A stretch of DNA of 63,538 nucleotides, filler included, from Klebsormidium nitens (taxonomy: Eukaryota > Plantae > Klebsormidiophyceae): the NCBI GenBank assembly GCA_000708835.1. It is 5 parts of 5 records of this genome, joined end to end, with 100 filler letters (N's around TTAATTAATTAA, not from the genome) between each part and the next. Parts side by side here need not be neighbours in the genome. Positions count along the whole stretch, not along the records: positions 10,763 to 26,666 come from DF238032.1; positions 26,767 to 41,765 come from DF238044.1; 3 more parts are not named here. The stretch is one strand, 5' to 3'. The notes beneath the pieces were generated by a model. It was given only the letters and a program-made list of their open reading frames with translations, searched no databases and was not told the origin of the DNA. Position numbers and translations under genes: made by a program. Positions 21,312 to 31,400 of this stretch are shown here, one piece after another (the stretch's first letter is position 1; the number at the start of each line of letters is the position of its first letter).

Positions 21312-22592
21312 TCAGAAACGTGCAGATGCTACGAGGCTCGCTCGGCGCGTCTTCAGGTTGTCCGCCTGGGTCTTGTTCCAACTCGTGTTGTTCTTTCGAA
21401 TCCGATTGAGAACCCCTTGCCTCTCGAGTCGGTCAATGAACGCCGCATTTCCTTGGAGATATATCTCCAGGCGCTTCTGTGAGAACAGCGTAGGTCTAGC
21501 GCTCTTGTCGTCTGAGAATATGCGCGAGAGCTTCGCTTTGAGGCCGCGCTTGTCCGCCTCGCTGGCGTCAGATACCTCGTTATTCGATTCTAAGTGCATA
21601 GTTCGAGAACCTTTCGAAGACAGTAGCCAGAATGAGTTCGCGCAGAACTCCGACTCCGCTGGGGAGGTCAGCGGCACCACGGCAGTTCGGCCGCACTCAA
21701 AGGTATGGCCGCCGAAGATCCAGTTGCAGTAGACGGCGTTTCCGAGGCGTTCGAAGATTCCCACTTGATGAGAGCCGGTGTCGCAGTCGACGAGGCTGCA
21801 AGCACCGGCGTTGGTGGTGATGCGGATCGACGACACCGCCCTGACGCTGGTGCCACCTTTCTCTTGTCGCGACGAGATGCGAGCGATCGTCGTGACCTTC
21901 AGGACTAGGGACGAGTCGTCCGCTTCCGGCATCGGCTCTCTGATCCCGAGCCGCACGTCCAGATCGGAGTCGGCACCTTTGTTGGACTTGCCTTGCATCC
22001 TCGCGGACAGCGTTCTTATGGTGTAAACGACGGAGCGGCCCTTGAAGTTGTCGTTCTGCGCCTTCGGAGGCGGGCGGCCATCGAAAGAGGTGCGCCTGGA
22101 ACTCACTCTACTCCGGGGCGTCCACTCCCGAAGCACCTTGTATCCGGAGGACTCCCACATCTTGCTCCTCTCCAAGACGTCTGGGTCGTCATCGGTCGCG
22201 TCCGCGCCGCTCTCCTCCCTGAGCAAAACCCTGATGGGCTTTGTGCTCCTGGGGTGGAAGGAGATGCTGATGTCGTAATCTCCTTCCAGGCTGAGACCGA
22301 GGAAGCTGCAAGCGGAGGATGCGTCCACGAAGCGCACGTCGAGCACAGAGACGTCATCGTCCCGAAAAGTTACGGGCTCGCTTGGGTCATGGGCGGCGGC
22401 GGCTTCTTTCAGGTCCGCCGTGTAGTCGCCATCCCTGCTCCACATGAGAAAGCACTGTGCCTCGTAAGCGTCTCTCAGGGAAGGGGGCAAGTCACCCCTC
22501 AGCCGCCCCTCTACTATATGGTCGATCGCGAAGCCGTCGCCACCATTGGCAGCGTTCAAGAGCTTATCCCATTCCTGTTGGGTCGTGTCCAT
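21312..22592 (-). CDS. Hypothetical intronless protein (~426 aa)
   Basis: Long GC-rich ORF starting MDTTQQEW; same compact organisation as the flanking viral genes. Confidence 0.65.
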   Translation of the reverse strand: MDTTQQEWDKLLNAANGGDGFAIDHIVEGRLRGDLPPSLRDAYEAQCFLMWSRDGDYTADLKEAAAAHDPSEPVTFRDDDVSVLDVRFVDASSACSFLGLSLEGDYDISISFHPRSTKPIRVLLREESGADATDDDPDVLERSKMWESSGYKVLREWTPRSRVSSRRTSFDGRPPPKAQNDNFKGRSVVYTIRTLSARMQGKSNKGADSDLDVRLGIREPMPEADDSSLVLKVTTIARISSRQEKGGTSVRAVSSIRITTNAGACSLVDCDTGSHQVGIFERLGNAVYCNWIFGGHTFECGRTAVVPLTSPAESEFCANSFWLLSSKGSRTMHLESNNEVSDASEADKRGLKAKLSRIFSDDKSARPTLFSQKRLEIYLQGNAAFIDRLERQGVLNRIRKNNTSWNKTQADNLKTRRASLVASARF

Positions 22593-22700
22593 CGACCGGT
22601 TATATCCCACTTCAGAAATAAGTTGCGGCCTCAGCTCGTCCGACCGGAAAGTCCGCGAACGGGCGTCACCATATTTTTTCGTATACTTGCATCAAGGCGG

Positions 22701-23045
22701 ATGGCTTCGAGCAGCGTGCTCGCGTTCCGCGCGCATGTCATGAGCGGAGGAAGCACCATGGCTCCACCGCACGAGCCTCTGAATAAGTACAAGATAGGGC
22801 GATTCTGCGTGAAGGTCAGCACCAACATATTGGACTCTCGGGGCCAGTCTCGTTATTCATTCAAGGGGTACGGGCCCGACGAGAGTCAAATCAAAGCCAA
22901 AACTATAGCAGCTCGAGACAAGCGCTGCAGACCAGAAGACCGCGTGACGGAGCCTCTGGTCACTACGCTGCCCATCTGCGACGTATGCGACGACCGTATC
23001 GAAGTGTTTGATGTTTCGCAAGATTTTCACTATTACCTCATGTAG
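22701..23045 (+). CDS. Hypothetical protein (114 aa) with a CxxC near the C-terminus
   Basis: ATG at 22701 (MASSSV...), divergent from the 426-aa ORF; contains ICDVCD. Confidence 0.4.
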   Translation: MASSSVLAFRAHVMSGGSTMAPPHEPLNKYKIGRFCVKVSTNILDSRGQSRYSFKGYGPDESQIKAKTIAARDKRCRPEDRVTEPLVTTLPICDVCDDRIEVFDVSQDFHYYLM

Positions 23046-23114
23046 CCATCCAAACCAAATCCAAGACTCCATCTGCTTTTCTATTGTTTCAAAACGACCC
23101 TCGCGCCTTTTCCT

Positions 23115-24587
23115 CTAGACCGTGGTCGCGAAAGCGTCCTTGATGAGCTCCTCGGCCCCGTCTTTGGGATAGGTCCAGACGTTGAAAGTCTGTCCCGCCC
23201 CGACCTCGTTCGTTCCCAAGTACGCCTGCGAGAACCTGATGCGATGGCGCGCCAGCATGTCCGGCGTGATCGCATGAACCGCCTCCTTGCGCACGATCGC
23301 GTCCTCCTTGTACGTGCGCTCCCACTCGTTCTGACCGTTCTGGTCGAGACTCCCGTTTCCGGAGATGCTCATCCAGCGCTTTCCCACGGCGAGACCGACC
23401 TTGGACAGGTGGCTCGAGACCAGACGGTCGGATTTGAGGCGCAGAACGTCCCTCCCGACCTCCAGCACCGTCACTCGCTGTGCCGTCGCCGCAGGTGCAG
23501 CGGGAGCCGGCAGAGCCGGAGGGCCGCCCTGGGAGCCGGAAGCGACGTCGCCGGTCAGTGCGCTCAGCTGCGCGATAGCCTGCGACGCGAAATTGTGGCG
23601 GGCAGCGTTGAGCATGCCCAGCAGTGCGGGGGGCGTGGGGAGACCAGCTGCGCTTCCCGCCAACAGGATCTCGATGATCTCGCCTTTCGCCTGAACGGTC
23701 TCCCTGCAGTCCTGCAGCTTGATGGCGCGCACGTTTTTCTTTCCCCTCTCGATCTCCTCATCCAGCTCGTTCTGCAGCTTCTGGCGCTTGAGGGCGCGCT
23801 GCACGTCGCAGTCGGGGTCGGCGGGCTCGGTCCCACGCTCCACCTCCACCGTCTGACCGAAGATCCTGAGCGGGTGGTCCTCCGGAAGACGCTCCTGCGC
23901 ATCCCTGATGCTGCGGATCTCGCCGATCAGCGTCTCGTCCCCGCCCAGGTAACGAACCAAGGTGTCGGCGAACTTCTCACGGAACTTTCCGGCACGCGTC
24001 CCACCGAGGCGGTTGATGATGGTGACCACGCCCCGCGCATCCGTCACCGGAGTGTCGTTTTGGCCCTGCCCTGGGAACTTCGCGAAGTAGTTCCCAACGG
24101 TAACAGCTTCCTCTTCAAACCGTTTGGATAGGTCGTGCCAAGTTTTTCTGGAATTCAAAGCGCCCGTGACAGCCGCAATCAGGTCGATGATGCTGATCTT
24201 GGGTGGCACATCAGCCGTCTTCCTGATGCGAGCGCCTCGGAACTCCCCAAATAGTTCATGGTCGAGAACCAGGTCCGTCGGCTGGATGCTGACGACCGCA
24301 CCGACGTCGTCGAGCGACGGCGTCTGTTTGACAACCTCAGCGGTGAACTCGACCACCGGACGTAAACCTAAGCCGACGTAGACGCCGGTGCTCTTTCGGT
24401 TCGGCCCGTACGCCCTAGTCGCGATTGTGTAGCCCGCCGCCTCCACGGCCTCGGAGAAACCCCTGGGAACGGGCTCTCCTCCCTGCCACGCCTGGAACGC
24501 ATCTCTGAGCTCGCGGCGCGCGACGAGCAACCCCTTGCCGGCGTCGCACCGCGCCGAGACGAAAGCGCGAAGCTTGTCGGAGTCCAT
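23115..24587 (-). CDS. D5-type C-terminal winged-helix domain + Bro-N-like domain + coiled coil
   Basis: N-terminus FVSARC...VARRELRDAFQAW...FSEAV...GVYVGLGL matches the primase/helicase C-terminal wHTH pattern. Middle IRKT..PPKISIIDLI..VTG...FPGQGQNDTPV...YLGGD.TLI.EI matches a Bro-N-like family. Confidence 0.7.
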   Translation of the reverse strand: MDSDKLRAFVSARCDAGKGLLVARRELRDAFQAWQGGEPVPRGFSEAVEAAGYTIATRAYGPNRKSTGVYVGLGLRPVVEFTAEVVKQTPSLDDVGAVVSIQPTDLVLDHELFGEFRGARIRKTADVPPKISIIDLIAAVTGALNSRKTWHDLSKRFEEEAVTVGNYFAKFPGQGQNDTPVTDARGVVTIINRLGGTRAGKFREKFADTLVRYLGGDETLIGEIRSIRDAQERLPEDHPLRIFGQTVEVERGTEPADPDCDVQRALKRQKLQNELDEEIERGKKNVRAIKLQDCRETVQAKGEIIEILLAGSAAGLPTPPALLGMLNAARHNFASQAIAQLSALTGDVASGSQGGPPALPAPAAPAATAQRVTVLEVGRDVLRLKSDRLVSSHLSKVGLAVGKRWMSISGNGSLDQNGQNEWERTYKEDAIVRKEAVHAITPDMLARHRIRFSQAYLGTNEVGAGQTFNVWTYPKDGAEELIKDAFATTV

Positions 24588-24751
24588 CCTGATTATGATA
24601 TCTGAGGGGACTCCTTCTGCTTTCTTATAGTGGCGGCGTCAGACTTGTCGCCGAAAAGTCCCTCGAAGCAGCACAGAACCTGTGCGTATAGTCTTTATTT
24701 CTCCAGTGTAAGGGTCAATCTTTCAACTTTTGGGGTGTTGATGTTTTAGGG

Positions 24752-25240
24752 TCCAGAGGGCCAGTAGAGGGCCAGCGGAGGGGCGGCGGAGGGCCAGTTT
24801 GAGTGCCAGAAAGGGCCCGGTGGAGCTGCGCAAAGTCTATGCCAAGGTGCAACGGGGAGCGATATCTTCCTTCACGAGCACCAAGGGCGAGCAGAGCGCG
24901 CTTCGGCTCTGCGCAAAGTATATGCCAAGGTGTAACGGGGAGCGATATCTTCCTTTCTGTGCACTGAAGACGTTGAGCGCGCTTCGGCCTCTGCGCAAAG
25001 TCTATGCCAAAGTGTAACTGGAATGGGTATCTTCCTTCGCGAGCACCAAGGGCGAGCAGAGCGCGCTTCGGTTCTGCGCAAAGTCTATGCCAAGGTGTAG
25101 CGGGGAGCGATATCTTCCTTTCTATGCACTGACAACGTTGAGCGCGCTTCGGCTCTGCGCAAAGTCTATGCCAAAGTGTAATTGGAATGGGTATCTTCCT
25201 TCACGGGCACCACGAGGTGAACAGAGCGCGCTTCGGCTGT
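24752..25240. repeat. ~82-bp tandem array (5 full units plus a partial) with dimeric higher-order structure, preceded by short GAGGGCCAG repeats
   Basis: CTGCGCAAAGT anchors at 24826, 24909, 24991, 25074 and 25155 (spacing 83, 82, 83, 81); two unit tails alternate. Confidence 0.95.
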
Positions 25241-25357
25241 ATGCAGAGGTGTAAAGAGTTCATGATACAAGAAGGCATGACATGGGTCATCGGATCTCAA
25301 ACATGTATCCAAGTTCATAGAATCAACAGCTCTATCTTGAACAATCCTCAGTTCCGC

Positions 25358-26065
25358 CTACCTAAAAGACTGAGACATCTCATATCCGTCGTGGATGCCA
25401 CGGATCTCTCCTATCAACCTCTCGTCCCCGCCTAGATAACGGACTAAAATGTCGGCAAATCTCATGCGAAACTTTGCAGCGCCGCTTCCACCCAGATTAT
25501 TGATGATGGTGATCATACCGGAGGCGTCCGTCACCGGTGTATCGTTCTGACCGCGCCCAAAGAATCTTGCTGTTGATATGTTCAGGCGGGTCCCTTCGTC
25601 TTCAAATCGTCTCGATAGATCGGCCCAAGTTTTTCTGGCATTGACCGTCCCAGTGATGGCAGTGATAACATCAAGGATACTGATCTTTGGTGGCGCGTCA
25701 TCAGTCCGTTTGATGGATGCGCCACGGAACTCTCCAAATAAAGAATTGAGTACCAGGTCCGTATGTCCCTGCGGAACGTTGACTACGTGTCCACGAGGCA
25801 CACTGAAAACCTGTGGTCTTGGAAGGATCTGTTGTGTTTGTAGGCGGAGGCCAAGATAGACGCCAGTACTCTTTCTTTCCGGACCGTAAACTCTAAATGC
25901 TAGAGCGTAGCCTCCCTCCTCCATGGCTCCGGGCAGACCTTTTGGAACGCTCATCCCTCCATTCCAATCCATGAAAGCATCTCTGAGTTCGCGGCGCGAC
26001 ACGACCAAGCCCTCGCCGGTGACGCAGCGCGCCGAGATGAATTCTCGAAGCTTGTTCGGGTCCAT
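25358..26065 (-). CDS. Shorter paralogue of 23115-24587 (wHTH + Bro-N-like, no coiled-coil tail)
   Basis: MDPNKLREFISARC...RRELRDAF...GVYLGLRL and PPKISILDVI...GQNDTPVTD...YLGGDE align directly with the longer paralogue. Confidence 0.72.
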   Translation of the reverse strand: MDPNKLREFISARCVTGEGLVVSRRELRDAFMDWNGGMSVPKGLPGAMEEGGYALAFRVYGPERKSTGVYLGLRLQTQQILPRPQVFSVPRGHVVNVPQGHTDLVLNSLFGEFRGASIKRTDDAPPKISILDVITAITGTVNARKTWADLSRRFEDEGTRLNISTARFFGRGQNDTPVTDASGMITIINNLGGSGAAKFRMRFADILVRYLGGDERLIGEIRGIHDGYEMSQSFR

Positions 26066-26281
26066 CCTGTTTATGAGGGACTCTGAGAAGTATCCGTCGC
26101 ATTTGTACGAGCCAGGCTGGACTTTTCGACGAAGTGTCTCATCGAAAAGAAGCAATCCAAGCTCTTTGAGTACAGTCCGTTTACACGTGGCGACGAACTG
26201 TTCGCAGCATTAATTTCGCCACACAAGGCATGAAATATTTCTGCTGGCGCGGGCGCCATCACCGAATATGCCGACGACAAG

Positions 26282-26581
26282 ATGGCGGGACAGATGGCGC
26301 TCGCATCCATACTCATTCCGACGACGGGAAAAACCGTAGCAAGCTGCATTCTGCTGACGCTGTGGTACTTTACGGAGTTCGCATGCCTGGCGGTAGGGCT
26401 CTTCTACTCATCCAAATGGATGATCAAACATCGCACGGATCATCGTCAATTCGCCGAGGCGGTGTGCCTTTTCTTGTTCTTGTTGATACTCTTCGCCCTG
26501 GCGACCACCGGACTGGTTCTGAACATCAGAGCTCTGGCTCGACCTAAACCTGCCCCGACGTCCGCACTCAAGACCACTTGA
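26282..26581 (+). CDS. Small two-TM membrane protein
   Basis: Two hydrophobic segments, CILLTLWYFTEFACLAVGLF and AVCLFLFLLILFALATTGLVL. Confidence 0.45.
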   Translation: MAGQMALASILIPTTGKTVASCILLTLWYFTEFACLAVGLFYSSKWMIKHRTDHRQFAEAVCLFLFLLILFALATTGLVLNIRALARPKPAPTSALKTT

Positions 26582-26885
26582 CCGACTCAATCTATCTCAT
26601 GTCGAATCCAAGTCTGCTCGTTCACCGCGGCTCCCACTCGTTCCTATTCAGCAGATGCCACACCGANNNNNNNNNNNNNNNNNNNNNNNNNNNNNNNNNN
26701 NNNNNNNNNNTTAATTAATTAANNNNNNNNNNNNNNNNNNNNNNNNNNNNNNNNNNNNNNNNNNNNCGGTGATCCGGTGGCTTTTCTAGTTCAATACAAA
26801 TGGCGTCAGAAAAGTTTCATAAAAAAATCTAATTTAGGAATAACTATAAAGTAGAGGACCGTAGAGGAATTTCCATAAATGTGAA

Positions 26886-27362
26886 GCCCCGGGCGAAACT
26901 AAAAACCCAGGGTAGTGTGACCGACAGACCCTTATGTCACCGGGAAGTGCCCGGTTGTCACCCGGCTGCTCGCCGGCGAGACCCTAATGTCACAGGGAGG
27001 CCCGGTTGGCTCGAGTCCCGGCACGGTACGGATAGTACCCCGCGCAGCCTCCGGGGGTACAGTAAAAGGTACAGGGCCTTATACGTACAAAATTTTATTT
27101 TTGCCGTATACCGGTACCGGTAAGTATCAATAACCCCAATTGTGCTCTCAGGAAGAAAAGCATAAAGGTTTGTACGTATAAGTACTGTCCTCTATGAGGA
27201 AGCACATTAACCGCAGAGGAATGTTGTACATGTACGGAGCCCCGGGGACCGCTAAAAACCCAGGGGAATATGACCGACAGACCCTAATGACAAATGTCAC
27301 TGGGAAGTGCCCGGCTGTCCCCCGGTTGCTTGCGAGACCCTAATGTCACAGCCAGGGAAGGC
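26886..27362. repeat. Two diverged ~115-125-bp direct repeats (26886-27000 and 27239-27362)
   Basis: Shared CTAAAAACCCAGGG...TGACCGACAGACCCT...ATGTCAC.GGGAAGTGCCCGG...GAGACCCTAATGTCACAG. Confidence 0.85.
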
Positions 27363-27933
27363 CTGTTTGTCCCCCTGTGACTGTGACTTGAGACTTTTAA
27401 ACTATGACTGTGACTGTGACGGTGTGACCGGAAAGGTTGAAAGGTCCCCGAGAAGTAGGCCGGTGCCAGGCCGGTGCCCGGTCAAAGAGGACCGGAGTCC
27501 TGCATCCAAGCAATCAGAATCCAGATCGCTCTGACACATGTCAGAACATTAAGTTCACCGATGATTAACCAGTGCCTGTACAGTTTGACGCCATGTGAGA
27601 TTACGGTATTTACTCTGACAAAGCGACCGGAGACACGGTACAAACAGTGTATACTTTGTCGGATGTCCTACCTACTTGCGCCAGTGCCTGTGTACGGTAC
27701 ACTGCGAGTGTTCGCGGCGCTTCGCGCACGGCATCCAAGATTGCGAGTGTGCCAGAGGGCGTCAGTCCGCCATACCTCGTAGATAAATCTATCCTAGGAT
27801 AGGCGAGCTAAACGCGTGGTCACCATCACTGGCATCAGAGAACTTTGCTTGAAGCTTATGGCCGAACTGGCTAGCTTTGAAAAGAGACCATCTCCTGCTC
27901 GGTATTTTGTTTGGAACTGGTTGATTTTTATCC

Positions 27934-28455
27934 ATGGCAAATCTGACCGGAGCAGCCAGGGCGTTGCTCCTCCTTCTGTGGGCTGTCCGTGCTGTTGCCA
28001 CTGATTTCTGCTCGAATTCTCGAGCAATCAATGACCCCATGTGTGGCGCCACCCCGTCCTTGACAAGTTGCAGTGACCCGGCGTCGCTAACCATACACAA
28101 GGGATTTATCCTTGCGGCGACAAACGCTGCAGGGGCGATCACAGTAGTCGGCAGTTATAACATTGAAGGTTCCGGGAGCCTTGCAGCTTGCTGCGCTGCA
28201 TGTCAGAAAGACCCGGGTTGCGATGCTTGGAACGTCGCTGAGTTGTCCTCTGGTACTTCCTGCTACCACATCTCATCGTCCAATGAGTGCGAATTTGAAA
28301 TCTTCAATGAAATCCCCCTCAGCAAACCAGACGGCTATTATTACCATGGGACTGGGGGCGTGCATGCACAAGCGAGATGCAATCCATGTGAGCTTCTGGC
28401 GTCCTCCCTTATCTCACTGTATCTTTACACAGTTGCATCGGCTTCTTTTGGTTGA
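27934..28455 (+). CDS. Secreted Cys-rich protein with a PAN/Apple-like module (host type, probably first exon)
   Basis: Signal peptide MANLTGAARALLLLLWAVRAVA; CCAACQKDPGCDAWN...CY is PAN/Apple-like. Confidence 0.55.
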   Translation: MANLTGAARALLLLLWAVRAVATDFCSNSRAINDPMCGATPSLTSCSDPASLTIHKGFILAATNAAGAITVVGSYNIEGSGSLAACCAACQKDPGCDAWNVAELSSGTSCYHISSSNECEFEIFNEIPLSKPDGYYYHGTGGVHAQARCNPCELLASSLISLYLYTVASASFG

Positions 28456-31400
28456 GGGACTTATGCTTTTGATCAGCCTAGCACCGTATCTTTACACCCC
28501 AGGGGATCTCTGCCAATTGGAAATACATGCTTTGGATGCTTCCTTTCTTCAAGAACCACCCCCCGCCCAACTTCTTGTCATTCTCTGAAATTCTTCTAGC
28601 ACAACCCCTTTCTGACCTCCATTCTGGTTGATGGTCAGCAGCGCTTGTCTACCAGAGTCGTTGGGAACACAACCTTAGTGAGGGGGCAATTGCTGCTAGG
28701 ACAGATGTTGGCTCCACTTCTTTGATCTTACTGGGCTTACTTGGCGCTCAAGTGTCACATCCTTTCCTTGACAATGGCTTGTGTGACCCCCCGCAGCGGC
28801 GGGCATGGCGAATGGGAAGCTGGACCCCCACTTTCAGATCACACGCCTCAACAACGTCGAAGAGCTCAACTCCTCCTTCACGTTCGACTTTCATGGGAAT
28901 GAGCTGGTTTGGTTTGATCGGGATAGCTTGTGTTCAGACTTTCCTAGCATCAATTCCACCCTGTTTAGCCATCCCGGTGTGTGTGGCTTGCACTTCTCTT
29001 AGCAGACAAGAAAAATCGCCCCAAGGCCAGACTATCCGCTGTAGGTGACTTGTCCACCATTTTAGATGAATAGCTGTGTTGACAGCTGGCGTGTCAGGTG
29101 GGGGTGTCCATGTTGGGGTATTAGGTGCAGCAGATTGACAGGATCGTCAAATCGGTCAGGGTCATCAGACTTTAGGGTCATTGGGCGTTTCCAACACTGC
29201 TGCCTTATTCGGTGCTCACGAGATCCTGACAATTCTCGATCAGGGAGCACCCGAAGAGAGAGATCGATTGTCAGTGTTCGTCATACTCAGGAGTATCGTT
29301 TGAGATCTGTTACGAATCCATTGAAATCAACCCCAACAGTACCTCTCCTTTACTTTCAGGCGAAAAGAGCCCTTTTCTTTCATGCAGAGCAAGTCGTTTC
29401 TCACTCCTTGGAAGAAGTTTTTACGTTCTCAGTTTCTCTCCATGTTCGTTGATCATTTAAGCAAGACCCCTTCTCTGTCACCAGTGCCCAGACTCATGAA
29501 AGAGCGCTAAGTCAGTAGTATTTTCGACCACTCTGATTTTCCCTCCAGGTGTGAAGCTGTGGAGCTGTGGAGCTTCCCTGCTGCGCGTGCACCAAGCTGC
29601 GCGTGCTTGCGTGCGGCGCTGCCGGCCACACATTCACCGACGGCTGCAAGCTACATGCTCGGCAATCAGCCCTGCGCTTGACGGAACCTGTGACAAGAGT
29701 GAGTCGTTCCTACTGAGTGGCGGAAAGAACAGAAGTAAGATATGTGGCGTGTGTCTAAAATCCTTAACTTGCCACTAACCTTTCCTTAACCATCATTCAG
29801 AAGCAATTTTTAGGGACGCTTCCGCTTCCTGCCACGCATCTTTCTACCCCTGGCCCCTGCCATCTTATGGTGAAGACAACTTTTAGAGCATTGCATGGAC
29901 CTCATTGTTAGGCGAGTCAAGCAAAGAACCACCGTCTGACGGCATACTGCTCCTTGCGCAGACCGCATTGGCGTGTAGGCCCGGCTTCAACCGGTGGCTG
30001 CTTCGAGCCTCGACTATACGACCACGACTTGCTTCTGGAGCACTTCTACCAGGTGACACCATCTGAAACGCAGCCTATATCAACCTTCTGCTCGAGCCTC
30101 TGTGTTGGGGTGTACACAAAAGTGTACTCTCACGCTTCTGTAGCAATTTTAAGTATGTTCATAAACCTACACCTGATTTGCGATACAGCCCAGCCCAGAG
30201 ACAATAACCTCCGATTAGCTTTTCTGCTGGCCTTTGCCCTGGTTCAGGCTCTTGGTTCCAGCCTTGTCTTGCCTGGCGGATGTGGGCGCCAGACAACATA
30301 TGTGTTCACCTTCACACATGTAGCACTGTTTAGACTCTCTTCGGCGGAGATATTGGATATGGGCGCGTTGCTGAGAGCCCCGGCATCATTCAACAGTTGC
30401 ATATTTTAGATGTTTTATATGACCCACTTTCGTTAATCCGCGTCGTAATTAGTGCCCCCTTTTATTCCCTCTCCGCTTCTTTTTTCGGTATGCCACCATC
30501 AGCTCGCCTTCTCGACTGACCCATACACCAGAGCCGCGCTTCTTCAATCGAAGGCCTTTGCAATCCCGGCGCCATTCCGCTCTGAACGCTTGTTCGATTC
30601 TGCCGTTGAAGGATCACCGGCCGTCGCATAGCGCCCTCTCTCCCATTCGTGAAGTCCCAGGTGTGAGACACCCCTTTCACAACAGTCTTTCGGCCGTTTG
30701 AGAACATTTTTAAGAATCTGCGAAGCTTATACAAAGCCGCGCCCTCCAACTTTGACACCGCAGGTGGGGACTAGTCGGTATCAAGGTGGTGGCGCGGTCG
30801 TGCAATCAACAACATCGAACCGGAGGCGTTCGTGGAGCCCACGTGCTGGAACAGGACGTGGCGACCATCTCAAGCGTGACTCTTCAACAACAACGCCGCC
30901 ATCCGGACAGCGTACCCCGACACGCTTGCCAGGTGATTGTCCGTCGTTGCACCTTTCTTTTGGGTGTTAAGGAGATTTATTGCAGGTGTCCAAGTTGCAT
31001 GCGGCGGGCTGCTCAACCAGTAACCTGTACTTGATCTTCCGGCGTACCCCAACACTTCCTAGGTGCGTCTACGGACCATTACCTTCTGTGGACATTTTTG
31101 TGGAAAATATTGAGTCCGAATGTCATGCGAGTGATGCCTTTGGCTGAAGCAGAAAGGCGCTTTTGTTCTCGTCTCAGTTTCACAAAGGCCGCCAGCCAAG
31201 GTTGTCTGATGCCATTTTCATATTTCGTCTCTTGGTCCCGAGTCTTTCCCATTTCGGCCCTCTCCACCCAAGTCAATTTGTAAGTCGGTGCAGAGGACGC
31301 CGCTCTTTTAGCCGACCAGGTCCATTACGAAAGCAGAACATTGACTGTACTTGTGCTGATCGTCCATCTAGATTTTCCCGTTTCTTCGACCATCAAGGAC

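Noticed and set aside
24826-25240. CRISPR array
   Set aside because: The variable parts are two alternating recurring variants rather than unique spacers, there are no cas genes, and the context is eukaryotic/viral. The same applies to the 12.3-kb and 37.1-kb arrays.
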